From assembly GCA_965214725.1 (NCBI GenBank), contig OZ243973.1, positions 896,745-960,744 on the forward strand: a stretch of DNA of 64,000 bases. The letters are read 5' to 3'. The stretch is from Dehalococcoidia bacterium (lineage in GTDB: Bacteria; Chloroflexota; Dehalococcoidia; UBA6926). The translations under genes and the position numbers were made by a program. This document shows positions 44,564-54,765 of this stretch, one piece after another (the stretch's first letter is position 1; every line of letters begins with the position of its first letter). The notes under the pieces are model-generated. The model was not told where the DNA came from. It worked only from the letters and a program-made list of their open reading frames with translations, and did not search any database.

Positions 44564-44601
44564 CATGCGGTTAGTATAAGGCACGGGCGGGCGGGCGATG
44601 G
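44564..44601 (-). promoter_or_regulatory. second copy of the TATACT-N6-ATG cassette, upstream of the PLD gene
   Basis: 32 of 38 nt are identical to 43753..43790. Here the cassette ATG is out of frame and lies 29 nt upstream of the SD-led PLD start. Confidence 0.4.
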
Positions 44602-44647
44602 ATTCCTGCCCCGGCAGGGATTAGGGCGCTGTGCATGGCCAAAAGGC

Positions 44648-44676
44648 TTGACACGGGGGTGGGGTGGGCATAGTCT
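44648..44676 (+). promoter_or_regulatory. candidate rRNA promoter (TTGACA-17 nt-TAGTCT)
   Basis: A consensus -35 at 44648..44653 and a -10-like hexamer at 44671..44676, about 95 nt upstream of the mature 16S 5' end. Confidence 0.4.
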
Positions 44677-44713
44677 GAACGTTGCGCCCTTCCCAAGTGG
44701 GAGGGTGCAAGCG

Positions 44714-44735
44714 CCTTAACAGTTGGATAGTGAGA
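44714..44735 (+). other. 5' half of the pre-16S processing stem
   Basis: ccttaacagttggatagtgaga is complementary at 21 of 22 positions to 46531..46552. Confidence 0.7.
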
Positions 44736-44768
44736 CAAAAAAGGAAGGCAGAGGTCTTCCGTTCAATT

Positions 44769-46282
<1,514 letters not shown>

Positions 46283-46530
46283 GGGAGACTGAACGCAACG
46301 CTTGTTTCGTCCTCACGGACGAGTCAAGACCCGCGCTCACAACCCAGGTCGGTCAGCGAGTCTCCTGACCCGGACATCCGGCGCCTGTGTGGCATGAACC
46401 GCCCCCTCGCGGGGCGGCGGAACCCCGGCCGGATCATGGACAGGACACCATAGACCGCTGCGCGCTACGGCGCACACAACGCAGTTGTTCGTTTGAAACA
46501 ACAAAACTGAACCGAAGACCAAAGCCCCTT

Positions 46531-46552
46531 TCTCACTATCCAACTGCTAAGG
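46531..46552 (+). other. 3' half of the pre-16S processing stem
   Basis: tctcactatccaactgctaagg pairs with 44714..44735 with one C/A mismatch, about 250 nt after the 16S 3' end. Confidence 0.7.
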
Positions 46553-46625
46553 TGTTTTCTTTCCCTACAACACGCCGAGACCGGACCGCATTGCCGCAAA
46601 GTGAATGGACATCTAAACTACCGTC

Positions 46626-46979
46626 ATGGGACACGTTAACGTCGAGGTGACACTCTCCAATTCGGACGGATCGCGCTCGCGGCGGATCGAGGCGATGGTG
46701 GATACGGGCGCGACGTATACGTTCCTGCCCACCCGCCTCCTGCAGGAGTTGGGCATCGAGCCGTCCCGTACATCGCAGTTCCAACTCGCCAACGGAGACA
46801 CCGTTGCGTACGCGCGCGGCGAAGTAACCATCCGCTATAACGGGTTCTCTCAGGTGACGCCCGTCATCTTTGCAGAGGATGACGCGATACCGCTCATCGG
46901 TGTCGTTACCCTTGAAGAGCTCGAACTCGCCGTCGATCCGGTAGCCGACACACTCATCCCCGCCACTCTGCGGCTTTGA
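46626..46979 (+). CDS. retropepsin-like (clan AA) aspartic protease
   Basis: 'RIEAMVDTGATYTFLP' DTG active-site motif, 'IPLIGVVTLEELELAVDP', 117 aa. Confidence 0.75.
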   Translation: MGHVNVEVTLSNSDGSRSRRIEAMVDTGATYTFLPTRLLQELGIEPSRTSQFQLANGDTVAYARGEVTIRYNGFSQVTPVIFAEDDAIPLIGVVTLEELELAVDPVADTLIPATLRL

Positions 46980-47007
46980 GGGGTTTGAGAGGCTAGGGTA
47001 GGCTGGA

Positions 47008-47457
47008 TTAGCAAATTGCCTTCTTCGCATCTGCGGCCGCCAAGAAAATCCTTGCAGCGTCTGACATACTCGTTTCCGCCAACTCGAGGGCCATTTGCTC
47101 TTCCTCAGTGATGACAATTGTGTAATAGGTAGCGGCCTGATATATGTGTGATGCGCTCTCATCGACGAGCGCGTCTACCTCCGCAAGGGCAATCGGAGCA
47201 GGAATTTCTTTCATTCTGAGGCTATTCTGTTGCAACTGCTCTAAAGCCGATAGTGCCGAAGCCTTCCATTCTTCGCTGAAGAGGGTGGGATTCAGTTTCC
47301 CTCGGCAAAGGCGTTGGGGTGGGTGTTCGGGTGGGTGTGGTAGTTGGAGCAGCCCGATTGCCCCAATGTACGCCCACATAAAGTTCATACAGGGTACCTC
47401 CACTAAAGGAGATAGGCGCAGCCGATGCGTACATCGTTGCCTCTGTCGCAACGCCAA
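47008..47457 (-). CDS. hypothetical protein
   Basis: 149-aa ORF in a visibly A/T-richer stretch, with no recognisable motifs. Start uncertain. Confidence 0.3.
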   Translation of the reverse strand: MALRQRQRCTHRLRLSPLVEVPCMNFMWAYIGAIGLLQLPHPPEHPPQRLCRGKLNPTLFSEEWKASALSALEQLQQNSLRMKEIPAPIALAEVDALVDESASHIYQAATYYTIVITEEEQMALELAETSMSDAARIFLAAADAKKAIC

Positions 47458-47529
47458 TCACAGCGCATGGGCAGGTGGCTGTCATTGTGGAGGCCGCAAG
47501 GGAGAGGCGGGCCTCGCTATACTGTCTGC

Positions 47530-47898
47530 ATGATGAACGGATACGAAAAGACCTTCGTGGAACAGGGGCACGCCTTCCTTGAGCAGGCGTGGACTGAGCT
47601 TGAGGCTGAGGACTTGCACCAAGCCTCTGAGAAGGGTTGGGGCGCGGCCGCTCAGCTCGTCAAGGCCTACGCCGCCGAGCGCGGCCTGCCCCACAACAGC
47701 CACGGCCGCCTCATCGCGGCCGTCGGCCAGCTTGTCGCCGAGACGGATGATGACACCTACCGGACACTCTTCCACGAGGCCGGGGGCCTGCACAGGAATT
47801 TTTATGAGGGCGGCCTCACGAACCGGGACCTCCGTGGAAGCCTCGCGCAGGTTGGCGAGTTCGTTGACAGGATCAGTACGCTGCTGAACGGGCACTGA
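47530..47898 (+). CDS. PaREP1-family (HEPN-like) protein, copy 2
   Basis: MMNGYEKTFVEQGHAFLEQAW...EKGWGAAAQLVKAYAAERGLPHNSHGRL...LHRNFYEG. TATACT at 47518..47523 ends 6 nt before the ATG. Confidence 0.75.
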   Translation: MMNGYEKTFVEQGHAFLEQAWTELEAEDLHQASEKGWGAAAQLVKAYAAERGLPHNSHGRLIAAVGQLVAETDDDTYRTLFHEAGGLHRNFYEGGLTNRDLRGSLAQVGEFVDRISTLLNGH

Positions 47899-47940
47899 CA
47901 CACGGCCGTTGCCAACACGAGGCCTCGCTATACTGTCTGC

Positions 47941-48309
47941 ATGATGAACGGATACGAAAAGACCTTCGTGGAGCAGGGCCACGCCTTCCTTGAGCAGGCG
48001 TGGACTGAGCTTGCGGCTGAGGACTTGCACCAAGCCTCTGAGAAGGGTTGGGGGGCTACCGCGCAGATCGTCAAGGCCTACGCCGCCGACCGCGGCCTGC
48101 CCCACAACAGCCACGGCCGCCTTATTGCGGCGGTCAGTCGGTTGATTGCGGAGACGGATGATGACACGTATCGCGCCCTCTTCCAAGCGGGCGGCTCCCT
48201 CCATACGAATTTCTATGAGGGTGGGTATACTACTCGTGAAATTCGTGGGAACCTCGAGCAGGTCAGTGAGTTCGTTGACAGGGTCAGCACGCTGCTGAAC
48301 GGACGCTGA
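47941..48309 (+). CDS. PaREP1-family (HEPN-like) protein, copy 3
   Basis: Near-identical N-terminus to copy 2. TATACT at 47929..47934 ends 6 nt before the ATG. Confidence 0.75.
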   Translation: MMNGYEKTFVEQGHAFLEQAWTELAAEDLHQASEKGWGATAQIVKAYAADRGLPHNSHGRLIAAVSRLIAETDDDTYRALFQAGGSLHTNFYEGGYTTREIRGNLEQVSEFVDRVSTLLNGR

Positions 48310-48483
48310 CCACCCGGGGACGCGGATCGGGGGCAGTCACCGTTTCCCGATACGAGATACGGGGCGAAATGATGATGAGCGCCCCGCCGCCACTGACGCC
48401 GCACCCCTCCCCGTGCTATATTTTGTGCGCTGTGTCCTGACGATGGACACGTCGGACAACAAACCGGACCGGGAGGTAGGGAG

Positions 48484-49299
48484 ATGACCCAAGAGAACGC
48501 GCAGCCTGAGATTATGTACACGACGCCGGCGGATCACGTCCGGCTCATCACCATGAACAGGCCGGAAACACTGAACTCGCTCACCATGGACGGCAACACC
48601 GCCATGCTCAACTATGTTCGTGAGTTTCGGGATGACCCGGATGCCTGGGTGCTCATCCTGACCGGCGCCGGCGAGCGATCCTTCTCCACCGGCCTTGATC
48701 TGCGCAGGCAGTCCCAGCAGGACGCCTCAAACGAGGAGCCGCCTCCTCCCCCGCAGGTGCCGAATGAGGGCCTGCACTCCTATCCGAGCATTGAGGTGTT
48801 CAAGCCCGTCATCGCCGCCATCAACGGCTACGCATTCGGCGGCGGGTCTGAGATGGCCCTCTGGGCGGACATCCGCATCATGTCTGAAAACGCGGAGATG
48901 GGACTGCTTGAGCCGCGCCGCGGCCTGCTCTCCATCAGCGGCACCACGCGCATGTCACGCGCCATCCCCATCGGCCTCGCCATGGAACTCATCATCACCG
49001 GCCGGCGCTACAAGGCCGCGGACTGCCACCGCATGGGCCTCGTCAGCCAGGTTGTGCCACAGGCCGAGCTGATGGACACGGCGATCGCCATGGCAACGGA
49101 GATTGTGACCGAGTGCTCGCCCATCGCCACGCGCGTCGCCAAGGAGCACATCATGCGGACCCTGCACCTGCCCACGCGTGAGGCGCTGCAGATCCAGTCC
49201 CTCAACAGCAACCGGCTGCGCCAGCTGTCCCCCAAGGACACGGCCGAGGGCCCGCGCGCCTTCGTCGAGAAGCGCAAGCCCCAGTGGGTTGGCGGCTAA
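48484..49299 (+). CDS. enoyl-CoA hydratase/isomerase (crotonase) family protein
   Basis: 'VLILTGAGERSFSTGLDL' and 'INGYAFGGGSEMALWADIRI' oxyanion-hole motifs. Confidence 0.9.
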   Translation: MTQENAQPEIMYTTPADHVRLITMNRPETLNSLTMDGNTAMLNYVREFRDDPDAWVLILTGAGERSFSTGLDLRRQSQQDASNEEPPPPPQVPNEGLHSYPSIEVFKPVIAAINGYAFGGGSEMALWADIRIMSENAEMGLLEPRRGLLSISGTTRMSRAIPIGLAMELIITGRRYKAADCHRMGLVSQVVPQAELMDTAIAMATEIVTECSPIATRVAKEHIMRTLHLPTREALQIQSLNSNRLRQLSPKDTAEGPRAFVEKRKPQWVGG

Positions 49300-49345
49300 G
49301 CACAGCACGGCAACCCGATACCGTCCGAACAGAACACGAGGGCGC

Positions 49346-49385
49346 AACGGTACCCGCGGCTCGCATGCGAGCCGCGGGTACCGTT
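49346..49385. terminator. perfect 40-nt palindrome between convergent genes (bidirectional terminator-like)
   Basis: aacggtacccgcggctcgca|tgcgagccgcgggtaccgtt. T-rich runs on both sides are weak. Confidence 0.55.
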
Positions 49386-49478
49386 CTTCGTGTAGTCCAA
49401 GCCGCCTTGTTCCCTGTCCCATCGCTGATGCCCCGCTTTATGGCGGGAGCGGCCACGACGAGACGTGCTCTAACAGGG

Positions 49479-50369
49479 TCATCCATAGTAGGCATTGAGG
49501 GCATCGGGCAGGAGCTTTGAAGCAGTAGCGAGAGCAATGTTCCATTTGCCGGAAGCCGCTTTCCCAATCATGCTGTCCCGCCACGCCTGTACCTTGGGGC
49601 CATTGCTTGCATTAGGCTCTGAGGAGATAGCGTCCCTGATTTGCTCAATGTCTTCCGTATCGACATTGAGTTCACGCAGGAAAGTCAGGAGCGACTCCAA
49701 GTCACCCTCTTGGACGTTCGTGCCGCTTTGGGCCACATGCTCACCACTGGCGACGACATTGCGATCACCGTAGATGTTGATATTGAAAAGGTTCCGGACG
49801 ACGTCACGTTCAACCGTATTTTGGTCCAAATTGTCCGCGGTGATGTTGCTCTCTTGCAGACCGAGCAGGAAATCTAGAAGCTTGTTCTTCACTTGGTCAA
49901 GAATGCCAAGGATCATGTGCGGAAGTATTTGTCGATGTGCATCAGCGAGAAGGAGGTCTCCCGACATGTGTATGGAGTCACGAGCAAGCATAACCATCTC
50001 TTGCGGCCACCTCATTTGAAGGGCCTCACCGGCTATTGCTGCTTGAGCCTCCAGAGATCCCACCCCGTCATAGAAGATCAGGTTCTCAGCAAAGTTCTTT
50101 ACATCATCTGGCAGCGCGTATGTGGGGATCACAAAATTCTTTACTCCGCTCCCAAATGGGCCGCTAAAGGTTCCGAGATTGGTGGGGTTGAATCGCCGGT
50201 AGTCAGGCACGTTCTCCCGGCTGGGGTACCCGGCAAGCTCGAAATCAACCCATTCTCGAAATTCCGGCACGCCTAATTCGCTCGCAAGTATTTTGGCTTT
50301 CCTCAGAGTGTTGGAGATACCGGCCGATTCGTCGACCAGGTCAGCGCGGATGTCATCGAGCAAACTCAT
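49479..50369 (-). CDS. AbiTii-domain (abortive-infection-like) protein
   Basis: The N-terminal 'ISNTLRKAKILASELGVPEFREWVDFELAGYPSRENVPDYRR' follows the AbiTii pattern as I remember it. Visibly A/T-richer than its surroundings. Confidence 0.55.
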   Translation of the reverse strand: MSLLDDIRADLVDESAGISNTLRKAKILASELGVPEFREWVDFELAGYPSRENVPDYRRFNPTNLGTFSGPFGSGVKNFVIPTYALPDDVKNFAENLIFYDGVGSLEAQAAIAGEALQMRWPQEMVMLARDSIHMSGDLLLADAHRQILPHMILGILDQVKNKLLDFLLGLQESNITADNLDQNTVERDVVRNLFNINIYGDRNVVASGEHVAQSGTNVQEGDLESLLTFLRELNVDTEDIEQIRDAISSEPNASNGPKVQAWRDSMIGKAASGKWNIALATASKLLPDALNAYYG

Positions 50370-50460
50370 GATGAAACCTCCTGAAACCCTTCTGGGTCTT
50401 CGATTCGCACGAGCACAGCATGGCTACTGATCCCAGTATCCTTACCCCGCAAAACCCGAT

Positions 50461-50545
50461 GGATGCCCGCTTTCGCGGGCATGAGGGGACGGAGGGCGGG
50501 CATGAGGGGGCCCTAGTTTGTCATTCTGAGCGCAGCGAAGAATCC
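50461..50545. repeat. adjacent REP-like elements: family A (50461..50510, reverse complement of 7529..7576) and family B short form (50520..50545)
   Basis: ATGCCCGC-TTTC-GCGGGCAT hairpin, then GTCATTCTGAGCGCAGCGAAGAATCC. Confidence 0.7.
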
Positions 50546-50631
50546 TGAGTTCACCGATGACGTATCATGGTGGGGTGGGGTATGGTCAGACTGGCTGAGA
50601 GTGGGGCAGGATTGGCTGGGGGGATAATCGC

Positions 50632-50835
50632 ATGGACAGACCGGTACCGAGTCATGAGGAGTTGCGGGCGCAGTTGGCCATGCTTGGTGTCGGCATTGAT
50701 GACGCCGCCCTGCCCGGCCTCCAACGCCGCGTCGCCTTCTATCAGGAGGCCATGAACCGCCTCGATTCCATCGATTTCGGCCTCACAGAGCCCGCCCTCG
50801 TCTATGACCCTGACGCCGCGGCGGATGGCCGCTAG
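50632..50835 (+). CDS. AtzG-like/DUF4089 small protein (GatC-like partner of an amidase)
   Basis: 67 aa. 'LGVGIDDAALPGLQRRVAFYQEAMNRLDSIDFGLTEPALVYDP' follows the DUF4089 pattern. Its stop lies 1 nt before the amidase ATG. Confidence 0.5.
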   Translation: MDRPVPSHEELRAQLAMLGVGIDDAALPGLQRRVAFYQEAMNRLDSIDFGLTEPALVYDPDAAADGR

Positions 50836-50836
50836 C

Positions 50837-52264
50837 ATGAACGAGGAGCGCGTCGGCCTCTCCCTCACGGAGATTGCGCGCCGCATCCATTCTCAGGAGG
50901 TCTCCGCGACCCACGCGCTGGAGGATGTGCTTGAGCATATCGCCCATGCGGATGACACGGTCAACGCATTCGTCACCGTCCTGCGAGATCAGGCCCTGCA
51001 AGAGGCGGAGGCTGCGGATCATATGCTCCGCGCCGGCCATCTGCTCGGCCCGCTCCACGGCGTCCCCATCGCCATCAAGGACATCCTTGCGACGGACGGC
51101 ATCACCACCGCGGCCGGGTCAAAGATCCTGGCGGACTGGAAACCGGACTTTGACGCGACCGTTGTCCGCAAGCTGCGGCAGGCCGGCGCAGTCATCATCG
51201 GCAAGACCAACCTGCATGAGTTCGCATTTGGCGTGACGACGGAGAACCCGCATCACGGCAACACGCGCAACCCGTGGAATCCTGACCATGTGCCGGGCGG
51301 GTCGAGTGGCGGCTCCGGCGCCGCGGTCGCCATGGGCATGGGCTATATGGCCATCGGCACGGACACGGGCGGCTCCATCCGCATCCCGGCCACGCTCTGT
51401 GGCGTCTCCGGCATCAAGCCGACATACGGACGTGTCAGCCGTTATGGCTGCCTGCCACTGTCATGGTCGCTTGATCACGTCGGCCCTCTCGCGCGGACGG
51501 CGGAGGATTGCGCCCGTGCGCTGCAGGCCCTTGCCGGACATGATCCGCTCGATCCCACATCCGCCAACCGTCCCGTGCCGAATTATCTGGCGACGCTGAA
51601 TGACCCGATTGACGGCTTGACCATCGGCATTCCCGGCGAACCGTTCTGGGATCCGATCGATCCCGAGGTTGAGGCGGCCGTACGCGCAGGCATTGATGTC
51701 CTCAAGGGGCTCGGCGCGCGCATCGTCGATATCGATTTTCCGCTGGCCGATGACCTCACCGCCATGCAGACGTCCATCCTGTTCGCGGACGCCGCCGCCT
51801 ACCATCACACATGGATGCGGGAACGGCCGGAGGATTATGACGCGCGGGTGCTGGCCGGCCTGCAGCAGGGAGCCACGATCCCGGCCGTTGACTATGTGAA
51901 TGCCACGCGCCTCCGTTCCATCCTGCGCGAGGAGATGCGTGACGTGTGGCGGCGCGTCGATCTGCTCGCCCTGCCCACAACGCCCATCACCGCGCCCAGA
52001 ATTGGCCACGCATATGAGACAGTTCCGGTTGGCAGCGGCGAACTGCAGCTGACGCGCGCGCTGACCCGCAACATGGGCCCGTTCAACCTGCTCGGCACAC
52101 CGGCCATGACCGTCCCGTGCGGTTTCAGCAGTGATGAGCTCCCCATCGGCCTGCAGATTGCCGGACCGTCATTTGATGAGGCAACCGTGCTCCGCGCCGG
52201 GCACGCCTACCAGAAGGAGACTGATTGGCACACCTGGCGGCCGCCCACGGACACCACGCCTTAG
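50837..52264 (+). CDS. amidase-signature family amidase (GatA/AtzE-like)
   Basis: 'GGSSGGSGAAVA' AS motif, 'GTDTGGSIRIPA' and 'LHGVPIAIKD'. Confidence 0.9.
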   Translation: MNEERVGLSLTEIARRIHSQEVSATHALEDVLEHIAHADDTVNAFVTVLRDQALQEAEAADHMLRAGHLLGPLHGVPIAIKDILATDGITTAAGSKILADWKPDFDATVVRKLRQAGAVIIGKTNLHEFAFGVTTENPHHGNTRNPWNPDHVPGGSSGGSGAAVAMGMGYMAIGTDTGGSIRIPATLCGVSGIKPTYGRVSRYGCLPLSWSLDHVGPLARTAEDCARALQALAGHDPLDPTSANRPVPNYLATLNDPIDGLTIGIPGEPFWDPIDPEVEAAVRAGIDVLKGLGARIVDIDFPLADDLTAMQTSILFADAAAYHHTWMRERPEDYDARVLAGLQQGATIPAVDYVNATRLRSILREEMRDVWRRVDLLALPTTPITAPRIGHAYETVPVGSGELQLTRALTRNMGPFNLLGTPAMTVPCGFSSDELPIGLQIAGPSFDEATVLRAGHAYQKETDWHTWRPPTDTTP

Positions 52265-52294
52265 CCGCCGCGTGAGCCACTCCACGAGACAACC

Positions 52295-53716
52295 ATGACA
52301 TCGCCGACGGACATCACCGCGCTGACCCTGAGTGACATCTCCGCGCGCATCCATGCGCGAGAGGTGTCCTGCCAGGAGGTTGCGCGCGCGCTGCTTGACC
52401 GCATCGCACGTCTTGAGCCAACGGTGAATGGCTACGTGGCCGTGCATGAGGAACGGGCACTGGCGCAGGCGCGCGCCGCGGACGCCCTGCTGGCCGCCGG
52501 CGTTGATCATGGCCCCTTGCACGGCGTCCCCATCGCCATCAAAGACCTCTACGCGGAGCGCGGCATCCCATCGTCTGCCGGCTCGAGCATCCTCGCGGAT
52601 TGGGAGCCGGATGAAGACTCAACGGCCGTGTACAAGCTGCGGCAGGCCGGCGCCATCATCATCGGGCGTGCCAACATGGATGAGTTCGCCTTTGGCGGCA
52701 CCACGGAGAACACGCACTATGGCGTCACGCACAACCCGTGGGACGTAGAGCGCAGTTCCGGTGGTTCATCGGGCGGCTCAGGCGCCGTCGTCGCGGCGCG
52801 CATGGCCTATGCCGCCCTCGGCACAGACACCGCCGCCTCCATCCGCAACCCCTCGCATTTCAACGGCGTGACCGGCATCAAACCATCCTTTGGGCGCGTC
52901 AGCCGGTCCGGTGTCGTTCCGTTGGCGTGGACGCTCGACCACGCAGGCCCGCTTGCGCGGAGTGTGGAGGATGCCGCCCTCGTCCTCAGCGCCATCTCAG
53001 GGCATGACACGAAGGACGAGACATCATCACGCCGGCCTGTGCCGGATTATGCAGCGAACCTGGCTGTGGACGTTGGGCGGCTGCGCGCCGGCATCGTACG
53101 CGGCTATTTCTGGGAGCCCATTGTGCCGGAGGTGGCAGACCTGAATGAGCAGGCGTACGATGCGCTGCGCGGCCTGGGCATGCAGCTTGAGGACATCACC
53201 CTTGATCACACGGACGTGCTGCCCGCCCTGTTCGCCACCATCCTGCCCGCGGAGGCGGCCGCCTATCACCACCGCTGGATCCGCGAGGGGAGGGGCGGCG
53301 AGTACGGCTACGCGATTCTCGACCGCCTGATCCCCGGCTATGCCATACCGGCCATGGACTATGTGAACGCCCAGCGCGCCCGCGCCCTGTGGGATGAATC
53401 CGTCCGGCGCGCCCAGAGGACATATGACGTTCTTGTCATGCCCACCGTTCCCTATACGGCGGCCAAGATCGGCCAGATAATGGTGCAGGTTGGCGATGGC
53501 GAGGAGGAGGCCTCATTCCTGCGGACCCGCAACCTCTTCCCGTTCAACCTCACCGGGATGCCCGCCCTCAGTGTGCCCATCGGCTTTGATGGCGCGGGGC
53601 TGCCCGCCGGGATGCAGATCATCTCCAACGTCTGGGATGAGCAGACCGCATTCGATATCGGCCACGCCTACCAGAACGCGACAGACTGGCACACACGGGC
53701 GCCGGCGCTGGGTTAG
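52295..53716 (+). CDS. amidase-signature family amidase (paralogue)
   Basis: 'GGSSGGSGAVVA', 'GTDTAASIRNPS' and 'LHGVPIAIKD'. Confidence 0.9.
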   Translation: MTSPTDITALTLSDISARIHAREVSCQEVARALLDRIARLEPTVNGYVAVHEERALAQARAADALLAAGVDHGPLHGVPIAIKDLYAERGIPSSAGSSILADWEPDEDSTAVYKLRQAGAIIIGRANMDEFAFGGTTENTHYGVTHNPWDVERSSGGSSGGSGAVVAARMAYAALGTDTAASIRNPSHFNGVTGIKPSFGRVSRSGVVPLAWTLDHAGPLARSVEDAALVLSAISGHDTKDETSSRRPVPDYAANLAVDVGRLRAGIVRGYFWEPIVPEVADLNEQAYDALRGLGMQLEDITLDHTDVLPALFATILPAEAAAYHHRWIREGRGGEYGYAILDRLIPGYAIPAMDYVNAQRARALWDESVRRAQRTYDVLVMPTVPYTAAKIGQIMVQVGDGEEEASFLRTRNLFPFNLTGMPALSVPIGFDGAGLPAGMQIISNVWDEQTAFDIGHAYQNATDWHTRAPALG

Positions 53717-53729
53717 GGGCGCCGCGCTC

Positions 53730-54632
53730 TTAGGGGCGTCGCATCAGGGGACCGGCTCCCGATTCCATCACCAGAGACGTGGGCAGGGGCCATGCGTCAT
53801 CGTCAAGGCTAGACTGGCATATCAAGAATGTCAGAGCCGCAAGGGCATGCCAGAACGCCGCCACATAGAAGTCATATGGCATCAGTATTGCGGCTGGCAG
53901 GGCAAGCGCCACCAGCGCAAGGCAGGCATAGAGTGTCGTGGCGATGATGCCGGGAGTCGTCACGCGGCTCTTCGTACGGAGGCTCCGTACCACAACAAAC
54001 GCCGTCGCCACCCCGACAACGGTGAGCAGCCCCATGACAGCAAGAATCATCGAGGGGGCGCACTCCCACGCAAAGCAATCCATGACATCGCCTCTCACTG
54101 CGAGCCAGGCATACACGCCGGATGCGCCAAGGACGGCTGCGATGGCCAGGAGAGTGGCCATGGTGGCACGCTGGCCGTCAGGGCGCATGGCGCCAAGAAA
54201 ATGGGGAGCCACACTCGTTTCCTGCCCACGCATGATGACCTGAACTTGCACCACCAACAGGAGGAGCATGGCAACGCCGAGATAAACAGGAGGCTCAAAG
54301 AAACCGATGCCCGGCATCGGAATAGTCATTCCAAATGCAACGTATATGACGATGAGCAAGAAATAGGAAAAGGCTCTGTCCTGATTGGTGATGGCATCCG
54401 TCGAGGAGATCGCTCTGACTATGGATCGGATGCCGATGCAAAGCATAATCAACATACCAAAGATTGCTACGATTCGGATGGTATACATCACTGCCAGCAT
54501 TACGTTCGGCAAGCCGCCATCCCACGCGAACGACAGCCACGCAACGGCTAGCCACACGATCCCAGCTGCGAAAAGCGCGCTGGCCGACAAGGCGCCGGCC
54601 AGCGCAAAAGATGCAGACCGAAGGCCTCTCAT
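53730..54632 (-). CDS. hypothetical polytopic membrane protein
   Basis: 300 aa with about 8 hydrophobic spans and no recognisable motifs. Confidence 0.5.
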   Translation of the reverse strand: MRGLRSASFALAGALSASALFAAGIVWLAVAWLSFAWDGGLPNVMLAVMYTIRIVAIFGMLIMLCIGIRSIVRAISSTDAITNQDRAFSYFLLIVIYVAFGMTIPMPGIGFFEPPVYLGVAMLLLLVVQVQVIMRGQETSVAPHFLGAMRPDGQRATMATLLAIAAVLGASGVYAWLAVRGDVMDCFAWECAPSMILAVMGLLTVVGVATAFVVVRSLRTKSRVTTPGIIATTLYACLALVALALPAAILMPYDFYVAAFWHALAALTFLICQSSLDDDAWPLPTSLVMESGAGPLMRRP

Positions 54633-54765
54633 CAGCTGACTATCGAGTCACATCTACTAAGGGCATTTTGCCTATCCCATTGAATCATGTTTGCCATAAC
54701 CTCAGCCCGATGATCCCCTGCCCCCTAAGGAACGTGGGGATGGGTAGAGAAATGCGCGGCGGGGT

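Larger units (their letters stand above)
47510..48309 (+). repeat. tandem duplication (period 411 bp) carrying two PaREP1 genes with their promoter cassettes
   Basis: 47510..47898 and 47921..48309 align colinearly. The proteins differ at scattered positions only. Confidence 0.85.

Noticed and set aside
47482-48204. 240-aa minus-strand ORF spanning the PaREP1 tandem duplication
   Set aside because: It is antisense to two clearly homologous plus-strand genes. Its internal repetition only mirrors the 411-bp duplication.
53490-54551. 353-aa plus-strand ORF
   Set aside because: It overlaps the end of the second amidase and is antisense to the membrane-protein gene. It is His/Arg/Gly-rich with no hydrophobic or catalytic pattern.
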